Below, one piece after another: positions 28,699-38,794 of a stretch of 64,000 nucleotides of DNA. Positions within the stretch are counted from its first letter, which is position 1; each line of letters begins with the position of its first letter. The translations under genes were made by a program, and so were the position numbers. The notes under the pieces were generated by a model. It was not told the DNA's origin and did no database searches. It saw only the letters and a list, made by a program, of their open reading frames with translations. The DNA comes from Phycisphaerales bacterium (GTDB lineage Bacteria; Planctomycetota; Phycisphaerae; Phycisphaerales; UBA1924), in the NCBI GenBank assembly GCA_965227775.1, contig OZ245777.1, positions 320,001-384,000 of the forward strand, written 5' to 3'.

Positions 28699-29676
28699 CT
28701 AGAAGCGATAGGACAGGCCGGCGTACAGCACGATCGTGGGGTCGGTCTCCACGCGGGTCAGACGGCTGCCGTTGCTGTCGCTGATCTTGAATCGCCGCCA
28801 GAGCTCGGATCCGACGCCCCCCGTGATCTCGACGCCGGGGGCAGGTTTCCAATTGGCGCCCAGGCGCAGGTCGATCGACTTGTCCTGGAACACACCACCT
28901 GGTGCGAAGCCGTCTTCATCGAGGCGAAAGTTGCGCTCGTTGTAGCCGGATCGCAACTCGAACGAGAGCTCTTCGCTGGCTTGGTAGGACAGCTTCGCGC
29001 CGGTCAGGGTTCCGAGGTGCAGGCTCCACCGCTCGTCGAATTCGAACGTTGCGTCGATGGCGGGTAGCGGCAGGAACTCGACGCTTCCTTCTTGCTCTGC
29101 CGTTGCGAACAAGCTGACGCCCAGCGAGATGTTCTCGGTCACCTGATAGGTCGTGCCGATGCCCGCACGCCAGACGATGGAGTCGCTGACGTCGGCGTTC
29201 CGCTCGCGGGCGAGGCCAATGCCGCCGATCGCGAGCACGGTCCAGCGGCGATCGAAGTTGTGGCTGACGAGCACGTCGATGTTCTGCCGGTTCGTGCTGC
29301 CGACCGGGTCTCCGTCGACCGGGTCGAGGCTAAAGGCCTCTTTGAACTCAAAGAAGGCGAGTTCGTTGCTGACCTGGAACACGGCGCGGGTCCGCATCGA
29401 CAAGAACCAGATCAGATCGAATTCCGTCCGCGTCGTCGCGGTAGTCGCGTCGCCCCCGCCATCAATGTGGGGCACGCTCGCCCCTCGAACGCTCTGAGCA
29501 ACTTCATAAATAAAACGAGGCGGCCCCTGGGGCGCTTGCTGGCCCTCGGGCGAGCCCTCTGGGACCGGCGTGCTCGCGGCGGCCTGCTCGGCGGGCGGTG
29601 GGTCGGGTCGCTCGTCCTGCGGCCACGCCGGAGCCGAAGCCGTAAGAAGGGCGAGAATCGCGAGCATGCTCCGCAT
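28699..29676 (-). CDS. Outer-membrane beta-barrel protein (DUF6268-like)
   Basis: AAGGAG RBS, signal peptide, amphipathic strands, C-terminal YAGLSYRF. Confidence 0.7.
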   Translation of the reverse strand: MRSMLAILALLTASAPAWPQDERPDPPPAEQAAASTPVPEGSPEGQQAPQGPPRFIYEVAQSVRGASVPHIDGGGDATTATTRTEFDLIWFLSMRTRAVFQVSNELAFFEFKEAFSLDPVDGDPVGSTNRQNIDVLVSHNFDRRWTVLAIGGIGLARERNADVSDSIVWRAGIGTTYQVTENISLGVSLFATAEQEGSVEFLPLPAIDATFEFDERWSLHLGTLTGAKLSYQASEELSFELRSGYNERNFRLDEDGFAPGGVFQDKSIDLRLGANWKPAPGVEITGGVGSELWRRFKISDSNGSRLTRVETDPTIVLYAGLSYRF

Positions 29677-29791
29677 GGCCGGGCTCCTTGAGGACGGGGG
29701 ACGCCGGAAACCTGCGTGGCCCGGGGCGGGAGGATAGTCTTCACTAATGTCACCCGACGGCGCGGCGTTCGCGGCGGTTGACCCCCATAGG

Positions 29792-30706
29792 ATGGCCGCC
29801 ATGACCCCACCAGCCGCCCCAGCCGCTCCCACCGATCCGCAAGCCTCGCCAGGCCAGTACGAGGGCAGCGCGGCCCCGCTGCTCTCCGTGCAGAACCTCA
29901 AGACGCACTTCCCCGTCCGCAGCGGTCTGCTGCAGCGGGTGACCGGTTACGTCAAAGCGGTCGACGGCGTGAGCTTCGACCTGGGCCGGGGCGAGACGCT
30001 GGGGCTTGTCGGCGAGTCTGGCTGCGGCAAGACCACGGTCGGCCGGTCGCTGCTCAAGCTCATCCCGGCAACGGGCGGCAAAGTGACATTCGAGGGCAAG
30101 GACGTGCTGAAGTCTCAGGGCGCCGAGATGAAAGCGTTGCGGCGGGACATGCAGATCATCTTCCAGGACCCGGCCGGCAGCCTGAACCCGCGCATGCGCA
30201 TCGCCAGCATCGTGGGCGAGCCGCTGATCGTGCATGGCCTGGTGAAGGATCGCCGGACGCTGCGCAAGCAGGTCGAAGAGTTGCTGGTGCGATGCGGCAT
30301 GCCCGCGGCGGCGGCCGACCGGTACCCGCACGAGTTTAGCGGCGGGCAGCGGCAGCGCATTGGCATCGCTCGCGCGCTCGCGCTCGAGCCCAAGTTCATC
30401 GTGTGCGATGAGCCCACCAGCGCGCTCGACGTGAGCATCCAGGCCCAGATCATCAACCTGCTGACCGACCTGCAGGAAGAGTTCGGCCTCAGCTACCTCT
30501 TCATCAGCCACGACATGGCGGTCATCCAGCACGTGTGCAAGCGCATCGCGGTGATGTACAAGGGCCAGATCGTCGAGACCGGCTCGCGTGATGAGATCCT
30601 CAAGAACCCGCAGCACAAGTATACCCAGAGCCTACTGAGCGCCGTGCCCGAGCCCGATCCCCGCCGCGTGAAGCAACGTGTGATCTTTGAAGGCGGTGCG
30701 ATGTAG
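29792..30706 (+). CDS. Peptide ABC transporter ATP-binding subunit (OppF/DppF-like)
   Basis: [33 protein letters not shown]. Confidence 0.92.
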   Translation: MAAMTPPAAPAAPTDPQASPGQYEGSAAPLLSVQNLKTHFPVRSGLLQRVTGYVKAVDGVSFDLGRGETLGLVGESGCGKTTVGRSLLKLIPATGGKVTFEGKDVLKSQGAEMKALRRDMQIIFQDPAGSLNPRMRIASIVGEPLIVHGLVKDRRTLRKQVEELLVRCGMPAAAADRYPHEFSGGQRQRIGIARALALEPKFIVCDEPTSALDVSIQAQIINLLTDLQEEFGLSYLFISHDMAVIQHVCKRIAVMYKGQIVETGSRDEILKNPQHKYTQSLLSAVPEPDPRRVKQRVIFEGGAM

Positions 30707-30728
30707 CGGATCGCGCATTGGTGACTAC

Positions 30729-30774
30729 ACCAAGGCTCGGTAGCCTTGGTAGAACGGCCCTACGGGCCGCTTTT
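30729..30774. terminator. Two tandem hairpins between convergent genes
   Basis: ACCAAGGCT-CGGT-AGCCTTGGT and CGGCCC-TAC-GGGCCG-CTTTT. Confidence 0.6.
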
Positions 30775-31742
30775 CATGCGCGGTGGATCTCTTGCTCTCG
30801 TTGGTTGCGAGCATGGAACAGGAATCTTCGTAGGTCGTCTCGGATGAGTCCGGCCGCGGTCGCCTGCAAGATGATCGCGACGAGGGCGACGAAGAATATG
30901 GCCAGATTCACCAACAAGAGAACGGTCTGAACAACTGTGACCGCTGGCGAAGAAAACAGGCTCAGGATCAGGCTGGTGACAAGAACGGTTGCCACGGAGC
31001 CCGCAACGATCATCGTCGCCCACCACACTTGGCGAGCCTGATTCGCTGCGCGCCGATTGCCCGCGCGGGCGGCCAAACGTCGAAGAACGACGGCGCCACA
31101 AGCGTACTGGGCGAGGAGTACCACACCGAGGCCAACGCCAGCGAACGGCAGCCGTCCGCTCACGAACGGCTCGATGATCGTCAGCGCCGCGAAGTAGAGC
31201 CCAGCCACAACCGCGAGCCAGCGGGCGCTCAGCGGCGCCCGCGAGCCGGCGGGGTCGCCGAGACTCGGATCGGGCGTCGTTGCCATCCACCACCCGAGCG
31301 CCCAGAGACCGATGCAAAGGACCGAAGGAACGCCGACCAGCAGCATCCGCAGCCACGGCAGCGCACCGCCACTCGTAAGCAGCGAGACCGCCAGACTGAG
31401 CACGATGCCACCGATCCACACCGAGAACAAGAGCCCGACGCCCAGCCGCGTGAACAACAGCCCGCGGTCGAGCGCGCGTAGGTACGCCACGCCGGAGAAC
31501 GCGAGCCCATCGCCGCGCATCGACTGAGCGGCCGGCGTGGCGCACTCGGGGCAGTGGCCCTGGTCGGGCAAGCCCGAGAGGTCGTAGCCGCACGTGACGC
31601 AGTGAATGCTGGGGCGCCAACCGCATTCTGGGCAAGGCTGGGTCAATGGAATCGAAGTGAGATCATGGCCGCATGCGCTGCACGATCGGCCGCGATCGAT
31701 TGGCTTGGGTTGTAGCCGGGCATGCCGTTTCGACGTCATCAA
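30774..31742 (-). CDS. Multi-TM protein with two N-terminal zinc ribbons
   Basis: CSACGHDL..CPECG and CVTCGYDL..CPECA, then about 6 TMs. Confidence 0.75.
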   Translation of the reverse strand: MMTSKRHARLQPKPIDRGRSCSACGHDLTSIPLTQPCPECGWRPSIHCVTCGYDLSGLPDQGHCPECATPAAQSMRGDGLAFSGVAYLRALDRGLLFTRLGVGLLFSVWIGGIVLSLAVSLLTSGGALPWLRMLLVGVPSVLCIGLWALGWWMATTPDPSLGDPAGSRAPLSARWLAVVAGLYFAALTIIEPFVSGRLPFAGVGLGVVLLAQYACGAVVLRRLAARAGNRRAANQARQVWWATMIVAGSVATVLVTSLILSLFSSPAVTVVQTVLLLVNLAIFFVALVAIILQATAAGLIRDDLRRFLFHARNQREQEIHRA

Positions 31743-31830
31743 TCATGATACTGCTAGTAGCCTTGTACATCTTGGCGCAGGCTTGATCCTGGTTTAGCGC
31801 AGGACGCGATCGAAGCAGATACTCTGCTTT

Positions 31831-32745
31831 ATGCGAAAGAGCATCATCGCCTCGGTGATTGCGGCCGTAGCTCTTGCGGCAGCAGTCGCTGATCCGGCAG
31901 GTGTCCAGCGTACCGGACTCCTTGCATCATCGACGCACGGGCTCACGCTCTCGCTCGGTCCCTGGCAGGGATTCACCGTTCCTGATCTGGGCGCTATTCA
32001 GGGTGTGAGCGTGATTGGCGATGCGCTGTACATCTATGGCGGTGCGGAGACAGGCGTGATCGCCGAGTTTAGTCTCGAAGCCGCACGACGCGGAAGACTC
32101 GTGCCCACGGGGCGCCGGCTTGCCCTCACTGCGAGTGGTGCGGATGCGCTGCCCCACCCGACTGGGCTGACGTCGCTCGATGGTGAGACGGCGATCATGG
32201 GTGATACCGTCCGTGGCGTCGGCACGATTCACTTCATCGATTGGCAGAAGGCGTGGGCACAGGGCACGCTCGACGGAGCCATCTTGCACACTGTTCGCGA
32301 CGATGAGGCAGTCAATGGCACGCGCCCACACTTCGTGCGGCATGGCGGACGCTGGCTGATCGCCACGTCCGACTACGGCAACGCTGGCAACGCCGTCCGT
32401 CTGTACGACCCTGACAAGCTGCGGCGGGCATCACGAACGGGCGAGAGAGGCGTACTGGTCGCCAGTCTCCCCTGCGGGCCATACGTTCAAAACGTGCATT
32501 GGGTCGAAGACCTTGGAACGCTCGTGCTGATCCAGAATCGAGAGCCGGGCTTGCTGTATCGCTTCGGTCTGGCTTCACTAGCCGGCATCGAACAGGGCGC
32601 AGACCTGCGCGATGTTCCTGCCATCGATTTGGATTCCCCCACGGACGAACTCGAGGGATTTGCAACCCTCGGCGGAGGCATGTGCATCATGGTCAGCGCG
32701 ATGCGCGAGCACAACGTGTGGATCGGGCCGATTGGAATACGCTAG
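31831..32745 (+). CDS. Exported hypothetical protein, beta-rich (possible propeller)
   Basis: Signal peptide MRKSIIASVIAAVALAAAVA; no recognisable catalytic motif. Confidence 0.65.
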   Translation: MRKSIIASVIAAVALAAAVADPAGVQRTGLLASSTHGLTLSLGPWQGFTVPDLGAIQGVSVIGDALYIYGGAETGVIAEFSLEAARRGRLVPTGRRLALTASGADALPHPTGLTSLDGETAIMGDTVRGVGTIHFIDWQKAWAQGTLDGAILHTVRDDEAVNGTRPHFVRHGGRWLIATSDYGNAGNAVRLYDPDKLRRASRTGERGVLVASLPCGPYVQNVHWVEDLGTLVLIQNREPGLLYRFGLASLAGIEQGADLRDVPAIDLDSPTDELEGFATLGGGMCIMVSAMREHNVWIGPIGIR

Positions 32746-32748
32746 AGC

Positions 32749-33867
32749 CTACAACAGCCCCTTCGCCCGCGGATAGCTCCCTAGCACCGTCAGCCGCCGG
32801 CACTTGGTCTTGGCATCCTCGATGGCGCCCACCACCGCCTCGTCCTGCATGTGGCCGGCGGCGTCGATGAAGAACATGTAGGTCCAGTTCTCGCGGCCGC
32901 TGGGGCGCTTCTCGATGTGGGTGAGGTTCACGCCGTGGGCGCTGAAGACCGCCAGCACGTCGGCCAGGGCGCCCGGCTCGTCGCTGGTCTCGAAGAGCAT
33001 GCTGGTCTTGTCCTGCCCCGTACGACCCGTCTTCTCTCGGCTCAGGATCACGAAGCGTGTGATGTTGTTGGGCTGGTCCTGGATGGACTCAACCAGCACG
33101 TTGAGGCCGTAGAGCTCGGCAGCGAGTGGTGTGCCGATCGCCGCGCTGCCGGGGCGGGCGCCGATGGCCCGAGCCTGCTCGGTTTCCTCGGCCGCCTTGA
33201 TCGCCGCCCGGCTGGATGACGCCGCTGGAAGCAGCTCGGCCTTCGGGTATCGCGCGCTCAGCCAGTTGTGGCATTGGGCGAATACCTCGGGCTTGCTGTA
33301 GATGCGCGTGATGTCTTCGGCGGGGCAGCCGGCCATGAACGCGTGGCGGATGGCGACCTGCGCCTCGGCGTAGATCGACACCTCGCCGGCGTGTTCGATG
33401 AAGGCATCGAGCGTCTCGACAATGCCGCCCGCCGTGCTGTTCTCGATCGGCGCGAGGCCGTAGTCGACATGGCCCTTGATGACCTCGTCGAACACCGCGC
33501 CGATGCTGGTGACGCTGGCGAATTCGACGCTCGCACCGAAATGGGCACGGGCGGCCAGGTGCGAGTAGCTGCCCGCTGGTCCGAGGTAGCCGATGCGCAA
33601 GGGGCGCTCCAGTGCGAACGAGCCGGACATCATCTGCCGGTAGATCGCCTCGATGGTGACGTCGCTGAGCGGCCCCTGGTTGCGAGCCTTTGCCTTATCG
33701 AGGACCATGCGCTCGCGGTCGGGGGCGTAGATGGGCGTGCCGTCGTTCTGCTTGCGCTTGCCGACCTCGACGACCAGGTTGGCCCGCTCGTTGAGCAACG
33801 CCACGAGCCGCTCGTCGGCATCGTCGATGAGGCGCCGGAGCTCTTCGAGGGGGCGGGGGTGGTCCAT
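32749..33867 (-). CDS. pheA: Chorismate mutase/prephenate dehydratase (P-protein)
   Basis: LEELRRLID..D CM domain; YLGPAGSYSH, PIENST, NITRF, NLTHIEKRPS, LGSYP. Confidence 0.95.
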   Translation of the reverse strand: MDHPRPLEELRRLIDDADERLVALLNERANLVVEVGKRKQNDGTPIYAPDRERMVLDKAKARNQGPLSDVTIEAIYRQMMSGSFALERPLRIGYLGPAGSYSHLAARAHFGASVEFASVTSIGAVFDEVIKGHVDYGLAPIENSTAGGIVETLDAFIEHAGEVSIYAEAQVAIRHAFMAGCPAEDITRIYSKPEVFAQCHNWLSARYPKAELLPAASSSRAAIKAAEETEQARAIGARPGSAAIGTPLAAELYGLNVLVESIQDQPNNITRFVILSREKTGRTGQDKTSMLFETSDEPGALADVLAVFSAHGVNLTHIEKRPSGRENWTYMFFIDAAGHMQDEAVVGAIEDAKTKCRRLTVLGSYPRAKGLL

Positions 33868-34034
33868 AGGTGGATTATCGGGTGGCAAAGGCCCCAGCGT
33901 GAGGGCGATCGGCGATATCTGGCGTGACGCCACGCCAACGTGGCCGTTTTCGTCCGACTCTTGGCGAAGATTTCGTAGTCGCTGTCCGTGAGGCCGTCGC
34001 GATCGAGGTCAAAGTCAAGATGACTATCCCGACT

Positions 34035-34751
34035 TTAGTCGTCCACTGGCTCACGAATGGAATCTAACAGCGTCAAAAGTTCGGACTCGCTCTCACCCCA
34101 ACGCTTCATTTTCTTCCGGATGTCCTTTGACAAGCCCTGCCAGTACAGCTCGTGTTCGTTGGTGGCATCTCGGATGAGCTCAATTAGCAATGGAATGTGT
34201 TCTTGCTTGAAATGAAATGTGATCGCATTTGCGAGAACGAATCGGTATGACAGCCAGCGATGCCACATGATCGACTCGAGTTCTTCGCGGGTGTAGAACT
34301 CCGTTGCCCGAGTCGCCATGACGAGTTCCACGTCATCGCGTTGCTCGTCGGATGCGACCCGCAGATCCGTCGTACGCTTGTACTCCTCGACCAATCGATC
34401 AAACGCCCCAAATGCGAGTTTGTCCGTGAGCGCGCGAACGATGCCCTCACGAATACTGGAAGGATACGACTGCTTGAAGTGCTTGAGCAGAATGGGGATG
34501 GCTTCTGGATAGGCGGCGATCGGCACGTCATTGCGCCATGGCTCCTTGCGATTGAAGAGATCCCAGGCGCTCTCGACATTAAATCCAGCCTTGCGTAGAT
34601 CAGCCACGAGCGGGGCTTCGGGGTCGTGGATCGCATTCCCAAGCGCAGCAATTTTGGCTTCCCGAGCCTGTTGACGCGCAACCCATTTAGGGTCAGATTC
34701 GAGTTGATCTGTTAACTCTTGAGCAGTAATTGGCTTGCTTCTCTTCTTCAT
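34035..34751 (-). CDS. Hypothetical helical (HEAT-like) protein in a lower-GC islet
   Basis: MKKRSKP...ESAWDLFN...YPEAIPILLKHF...IREGIVRAL; visibly AT-richer than its neighbours. Confidence 0.6.
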   Translation of the reverse strand: MKKRSKPITAQELTDQLESDPKWVARQQAREAKIAALGNAIHDPEAPLVADLRKAGFNVESAWDLFNRKEPWRNDVPIAAYPEAIPILLKHFKQSYPSSIREGIVRALTDKLAFGAFDRLVEEYKRTTDLRVASDEQRDDVELVMATRATEFYTREELESIMWHRWLSYRFVLANAITFHFKQEHIPLLIELIRDATNEHELYWQGLSKDIRKKMKRWGESESELLTLLDSIREPVDD

Positions 34752-34874
34752 AGTCGATTTGAGAGAATTCTTTGTCTGAAAGCCCCGGACTATTACCTTC
34801 GCGAACAGCTCGACAACCTCGTATTGTTGCCCCACACAACGAATGACTCGAAGCCATGATCGTGGAGCCAATAG

Positions 34875-34900
34875 AAAACGCCCGACCATGGGTCGGGCGT
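34875..34900 (-). terminator. rplM-rpsI terminator
   Basis: Minus strand ACGCCCGACC-CAT-GGTCGGGCGT-TTT. Confidence 0.85.
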
Positions 34901-34924
34901 GAGAAGTTCGAGTGGAGTCGAGAA

Positions 34925-35512
34925 TTAGCGCTTCGAGAACTGGAAGCGACGGCGGGCGCCGGGCTGACCAGGCTTCTTACGCTCGACCTTACGGGCGTCC
35001 CGCGAGAGGAAGCCGGCGTCGCGGAGCGCATCCTCGAGGCTCGGGTCGTAGTCGCGCAGGGCGCGGGCGATACCCAGGCGAACGGCCTGGGCCTGGCCCA
35101 TATAGCCGCCGCCGGTGCAGCGGACGACAACGTCGAAGCGGCCCTTGGTGCCGGTGACGTCCAGCGGCGAGTACACGTCGTTGCGGTCGCGGTCTTCGGT
35201 GAAGTACTCGCTGACAGCCTTGAGCTTCTTGCGGGTGCACTGGATTTGCACGTCGCCCTTGCCTTCGTCTGCGGCGGGCTTCATGCGGACGCGAGCCACG
35301 GCCCGCTTGCGGCGGCCGGTGCCCCACCACCAGCCGTGGCGGTCGGGCGGGAGCGCCTCGCGAACCTTGCGGGTCATCTGCCCGCCCTCGGGCGAGCCTT
35401 CATCGGCGGCGACGGCCTGGGCCAGGGCGCTGCCTCCCAACAAGCTGGAACCAGACTGGCTCGAGCCGGCGGGCGGGGTGGATTCGGTCGGAGGGGTGTT
35501 CGTGTCGGCCAT
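34925..35512 (-). CDS. rpsI: 30S ribosomal protein S9 with N-terminal extension
   Basis: GTGRRKRAVARV, GGGYMGQAQAVRLGIARAL, ERKKPGQPGARRRFQFSKR. Confidence 0.97.
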   Translation of the reverse strand: MADTNTPPTESTPPAGSSQSGSSLLGGSALAQAVAADEGSPEGGQMTRKVREALPPDRHGWWWGTGRRKRAVARVRMKPAADEGKGDVQIQCTRKKLKAVSEYFTEDRDRNDVYSPLDVTGTKGRFDVVVRCTGGGYMGQAQAVRLGIARALRDYDPSLEDALRDAGFLSRDARKVERKKPGQPGARRRFQFSKR

Positions 35513-35946
35513 TAGAGCTTCATCTCCACCGGTTGCTGGGCCTGGTGCGGGTGCTCGCTGCCCGCGTACACCTTGAGCTTCTTGAGCATGACCCGGCCGA
35601 GCCGGTTCTTGGGCAGCATGCGACGCACGGCGTCCTCGATCAGCATCTCGGGCCGGCGCTCACGCAGCGAGCCAAAGGTCTCGACCTTCAGACCGCCGGG
35701 GTAGCCCGTGTAGCGGGTCCGGACGCTCTGGGCGTCCTTGCGACCCGTGAGCTTGACGTTCTTCGCGTTGGTCACGACGACGTAGTCGCCCGTATCCACG
35801 TGGGGGGTGTACTCGGGGCGATGCTTGCCCATGAGCACCTGGGCGATCTCGGTGGCCATCCGGCCAAGCACCTGGTCCGTGGCGTCTACCACGTGCCAGT
35901 TCTGCTCGACCTCACCGGCCTTGGCCATGTAGGTTTGCCGACGCAT
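35512..35946 (-). CDS. rplM: 50S ribosomal protein L13
   Basis: [44 protein letters not shown]. Confidence 0.97.
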   Translation of the reverse strand: MRRQTYMAKAGEVEQNWHVVDATDQVLGRMATEIAQVLMGKHRPEYTPHVDTGDYVVVTNAKNVKLTGRKDAQSVRTRYTGYPGGLKVETFGSLRERRPEMLIEDAVRRMLPKNRLGRVMLKKLKVYAGSEHPHQAQQPVEMKL

Positions 35947-36115
35947 AACACTCTCCTGCGGCCAGCGACGCCAAAACACGTCGCCGGGGGCACTTCACGT
36001 ACGCCGCCTACCGGGCGGGGCGGGCAGACGGGCTGGTGGGCCCGGCTGCAGGATTGACCATTCGGTCCGTCGAGCGAGAAATGGGCCACCAGCCGCCCCG
36101 CTCGACGCGAGGAGA

Positions 36116-36143
36116 AGGGTAGACGGCCGCCGAGGCCCGTCAA
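36116..36143 (-). promoter_or_regulatory. Sigma70-type promoter for rplM-rpsI
   Basis: Minus strand TTGACG-N16-TACCCT. Confidence 0.55.
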
Positions 36144-36242
36144 GCCCCGAACGTAGCGCGAAGCCGGTCGAGAACTGCCCGACAGCCCGTTGAGACCCCT
36201 GCCTGGGTGGCCCAGGCGGCGCGCATGGCCGATGATTGCACG

Positions 36243-37775
36243 ATGGACCAGCCTCCCCAGACCTTCGGCGACGCCCGGCCTCCGATCGACCCGCCGCCGG
36301 CGACGCCTGGCCGCCGGCCCGACCCGGGCTCTCGCGGAGCGGCCAAGCTGGCATGGGTGGTCCTGCTGCTCGTGCTGCCGCTCGTCGTGTTGATGCAACA
36401 GCTGCAGGTCCTCGGCCAGCCAGACGACGACCCCTCGAAGATCCAGCCGCCCCAGGGCGACAACGTCGAGGTCACGGCGCGCATGGGCACGCGGATGGCC
36501 TACGACTTTCCCGCCGCCGCACCAAGCTTTGAAGTTCAGCTCGACGACGCAATCGAAGTCGCCGACACGCCACTACAGCGGTTTCGCGCGGCGATCGCCT
36601 ATCGAGAGCTGACCGACGCCAATCGCACGGTGCGCGAGCTGCGAGATGTGGTGGCGACGCTCGAAGACGACGCGGACGAGTTCTATGACCCCGACAACGA
36701 GGACGCCCAGGCAAGGCGGGCGCAGCTCTTGGCGGACGCACGCGCACTGCTGCCGTACTACGAGCGCATCGCCCTCGACGAGAAAGACCCTCCCTCGCTC
36801 GATGACGAGACGGTCAACGGGCTGATCGAGCGGCACGGGTTCTTCGGCGAGCTCGTGCGCGTGGCTCGCCTTCCACAGAAGCACGAGCTGCGCGACGAGA
36901 TGTTCTCCGGGTCGCTCGGGCCATTCCTCATCGTCGGGCTGATGATCGGCCTGATTGGCCTGGCGATCCTGACCGGCCTCGTGCTCGGCATCATCGCGCT
37001 GGTCATGCTGGGCACCGGCAAGGTCCGCCTGGTGATGCCCCGGCCCGGACCGGGCGGCAGCGTATACCTGGAGACGGCCGTGCTGTTCGTGCTGTCGTTC
37101 GCACTCTTGCAGATATTGCAGGTCATCGCGTCGCTCATCGGCGAGTCGGCCGAGATGATCGCGGGCCTCGTCTCGCTGCCCGCCCAATGGCTTCTCTTGC
37201 TCGTACCCCTATGGCCCCTCGCCCGCGGCGTGTCGTGGAGCCAGATCCGTGACGACCTCGGGCTGCGGGCGCCGCAGGGCGTCATGCTCGAGATCGTCAT
37301 GGGCATTGCCGGCTATCTCGCGATGCTGCCGATCGTCATCGCGGGCGTCGCGGTCATGTTCGTGTTGCTCTTCGTGCAAGAGACCTTCTTCCCCGCCGAC
37401 CCCGATGCCTCCGGGCCCACCAATCCGATCCTCGAGCTCGCGCGATCGCTCGATCCGGTGCTGCTCATCATGATCTTCACGCTGGCGACCATCTGGGCCC
37501 CGCTGTGCGAAGAGTTGGTCTTCCGCGGCGCGCTATTCCGCCACTTCCGCTCGCGCATGGTATTGCCGATCGCCGCTGTCCTCAGCGCGCTCGTGTTCGG
37601 AATGATGCACGGCTACGCGATCATCCAGCTCATCCCGGTCACGGTGCTGGGCTTCAACTTCGCGCTCATCCGGGCGTGGCGCGGCTCGCTCGTTGGGCCG
37701 ATCGCAGCCCACGCGCTCAACAACGCCGTCGTGCTCACGCTGCTGTTTGCTTTCGCCCACGTGCTCTACGGCTGA
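36243..37775 (+). CDS. CPBP (Abi/CAAX) intramembrane glutamic protease with large extracytoplasmic domain
   Basis: APLCEELVFRG, FGMMH, AHALNN; start may be 36225. Confidence 0.88.
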   Translation: MDQPPQTFGDARPPIDPPPATPGRRPDPGSRGAAKLAWVVLLLVLPLVVLMQQLQVLGQPDDDPSKIQPPQGDNVEVTARMGTRMAYDFPAAAPSFEVQLDDAIEVADTPLQRFRAAIAYRELTDANRTVRELRDVVATLEDDADEFYDPDNEDAQARRAQLLADARALLPYYERIALDEKDPPSLDDETVNGLIERHGFFGELVRVARLPQKHELRDEMFSGSLGPFLIVGLMIGLIGLAILTGLVLGIIALVMLGTGKVRLVMPRPGPGGSVYLETAVLFVLSFALLQILQVIASLIGESAEMIAGLVSLPAQWLLLLVPLWPLARGVSWSQIRDDLGLRAPQGVMLEIVMGIAGYLAMLPIVIAGVAVMFVLLFVQETFFPADPDASGPTNPILELARSLDPVLLIMIFTLATIWAPLCEELVFRGALFRHFRSRMVLPIAAVLSALVFGMMHGYAIIQLIPVTVLGFNFALIRAWRGSLVGPIAAHALNNAVVLTLLFAFAHVLYG

Positions 37776-37778
37776 CGC

Positions 37779-38702
37779 CTACACGAGCACGTCGATCAGG
37801 CCCGCGAGCCCGAGCAGCACGCTGATGATGCCGTTGAGCGTGAAGAACGCCATCGGGATGCCCGCCGCCCCTCGCCGCGAGAGCACGACGTGCTCGTATG
37901 CAAGCAAGACGACCGCGGCCGCGACGCCCACCCCGAAGATCACGCCGAACGTCGGCTCGACGAGCAGCACGCCCACGAGGCACGCGACCGCGCCAACGTG
38001 CATCACGCGGCTGAGCGTGTTGGCCCTACGCCAACCGAAGCGAGCGGGGATGCTGCTGAGCCCGGCCTCGCGATCGAAATCCAGGTCTTGCAGCGCGTAG
38101 ATCGCGTCGAAGCCGGCAACCCACAGCAGCACCATGCCCGCGAGAAGCCAGAGGGCGGCGCTCTCAACCGCTCCAATGCCGCCAACGGCGATAGCCGCCG
38201 CGAGCGGGCTGGCCGCCAACGCGCCGCCAAGGAACACGTGGCACCACCAGGTAAACCGCTTCGTGAACGAGTAGAACGCGATCCACGCAAGCACGGGGAT
38301 GCCCAGGATGGCGGGCCACCAGTTGCCAAAGAACACGCCGAAGAGCGCGCACGCCGCCAGAAAGAGCATTGCGCAGGCGGCAAGCGTGAGCACGCCGGCG
38401 CTGGGCGAGAGCGCTCCAGACGCAAAGACGCGTCCCTTGGTCCTCGGATTGGCCGCGTCGATGTCTCGATCGGCCAGCCGATTGACCACCATCGCCCACG
38501 TGCGGGCGGCCACCATGCACACCAGCACGAGGGCGAGCAACCCGGCCATGCGGACCCAATCGATGCCGCCGGTCGAGACGCGCGGCGCCACCATGAATGC
38601 CGCGAGGACCGCAAAGGGCAGTGCGAACACGGAGTGGGCCAGCTTGATGTCGCGGGCGATCAGCGTCAACGCGCCGGGCGTCGATTGGGCATGGCTGCTC
38701 AT
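37779..38702 (-). CDS. UbiA-family prenyltransferase (futalosine-pathway MqnP-like)
   Basis: DIKLAHSVFALPFA, NRLADRDIDAANPRT, YSFTKRFT, GFDAIYALQD.DFD. Confidence 0.88.
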   Translation of the reverse strand: MSSHAQSTPGALTLIARDIKLAHSVFALPFAVLAAFMVAPRVSTGGIDWVRMAGLLALVLVCMVAARTWAMVVNRLADRDIDAANPRTKGRVFASGALSPSAGVLTLAACAMLFLAACALFGVFFGNWWPAILGIPVLAWIAFYSFTKRFTWWCHVFLGGALAASPLAAAIAVGGIGAVESAALWLLAGMVLLWVAGFDAIYALQDLDFDREAGLSSIPARFGWRRANTLSRVMHVGAVACLVGVLLVEPTFGVIFGVGVAAAVVLLAYEHVVLSRRGAAGIPMAFFTLNGIISVLLGLAGLIDVLV

Positions 38703-38738
38703 CGGATCTCACGATACGCCATGTTCACCAAACAAGAA

Positions 38739-38765
38739 GCCCGGCCGGGGCGAACCCGGCCGGGC
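38739..38765 (-). terminator. Intrinsic terminator of the metalloprotease gene
   Basis: Minus strand GCCCGGCCGGG-TTCGC-CCCGGCCGGGC-TTCTTGTTT. Confidence 0.8.
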
Positions 38766-38794
38766 GTTCGAGCACTCAAGTTGTCACAGACCGA

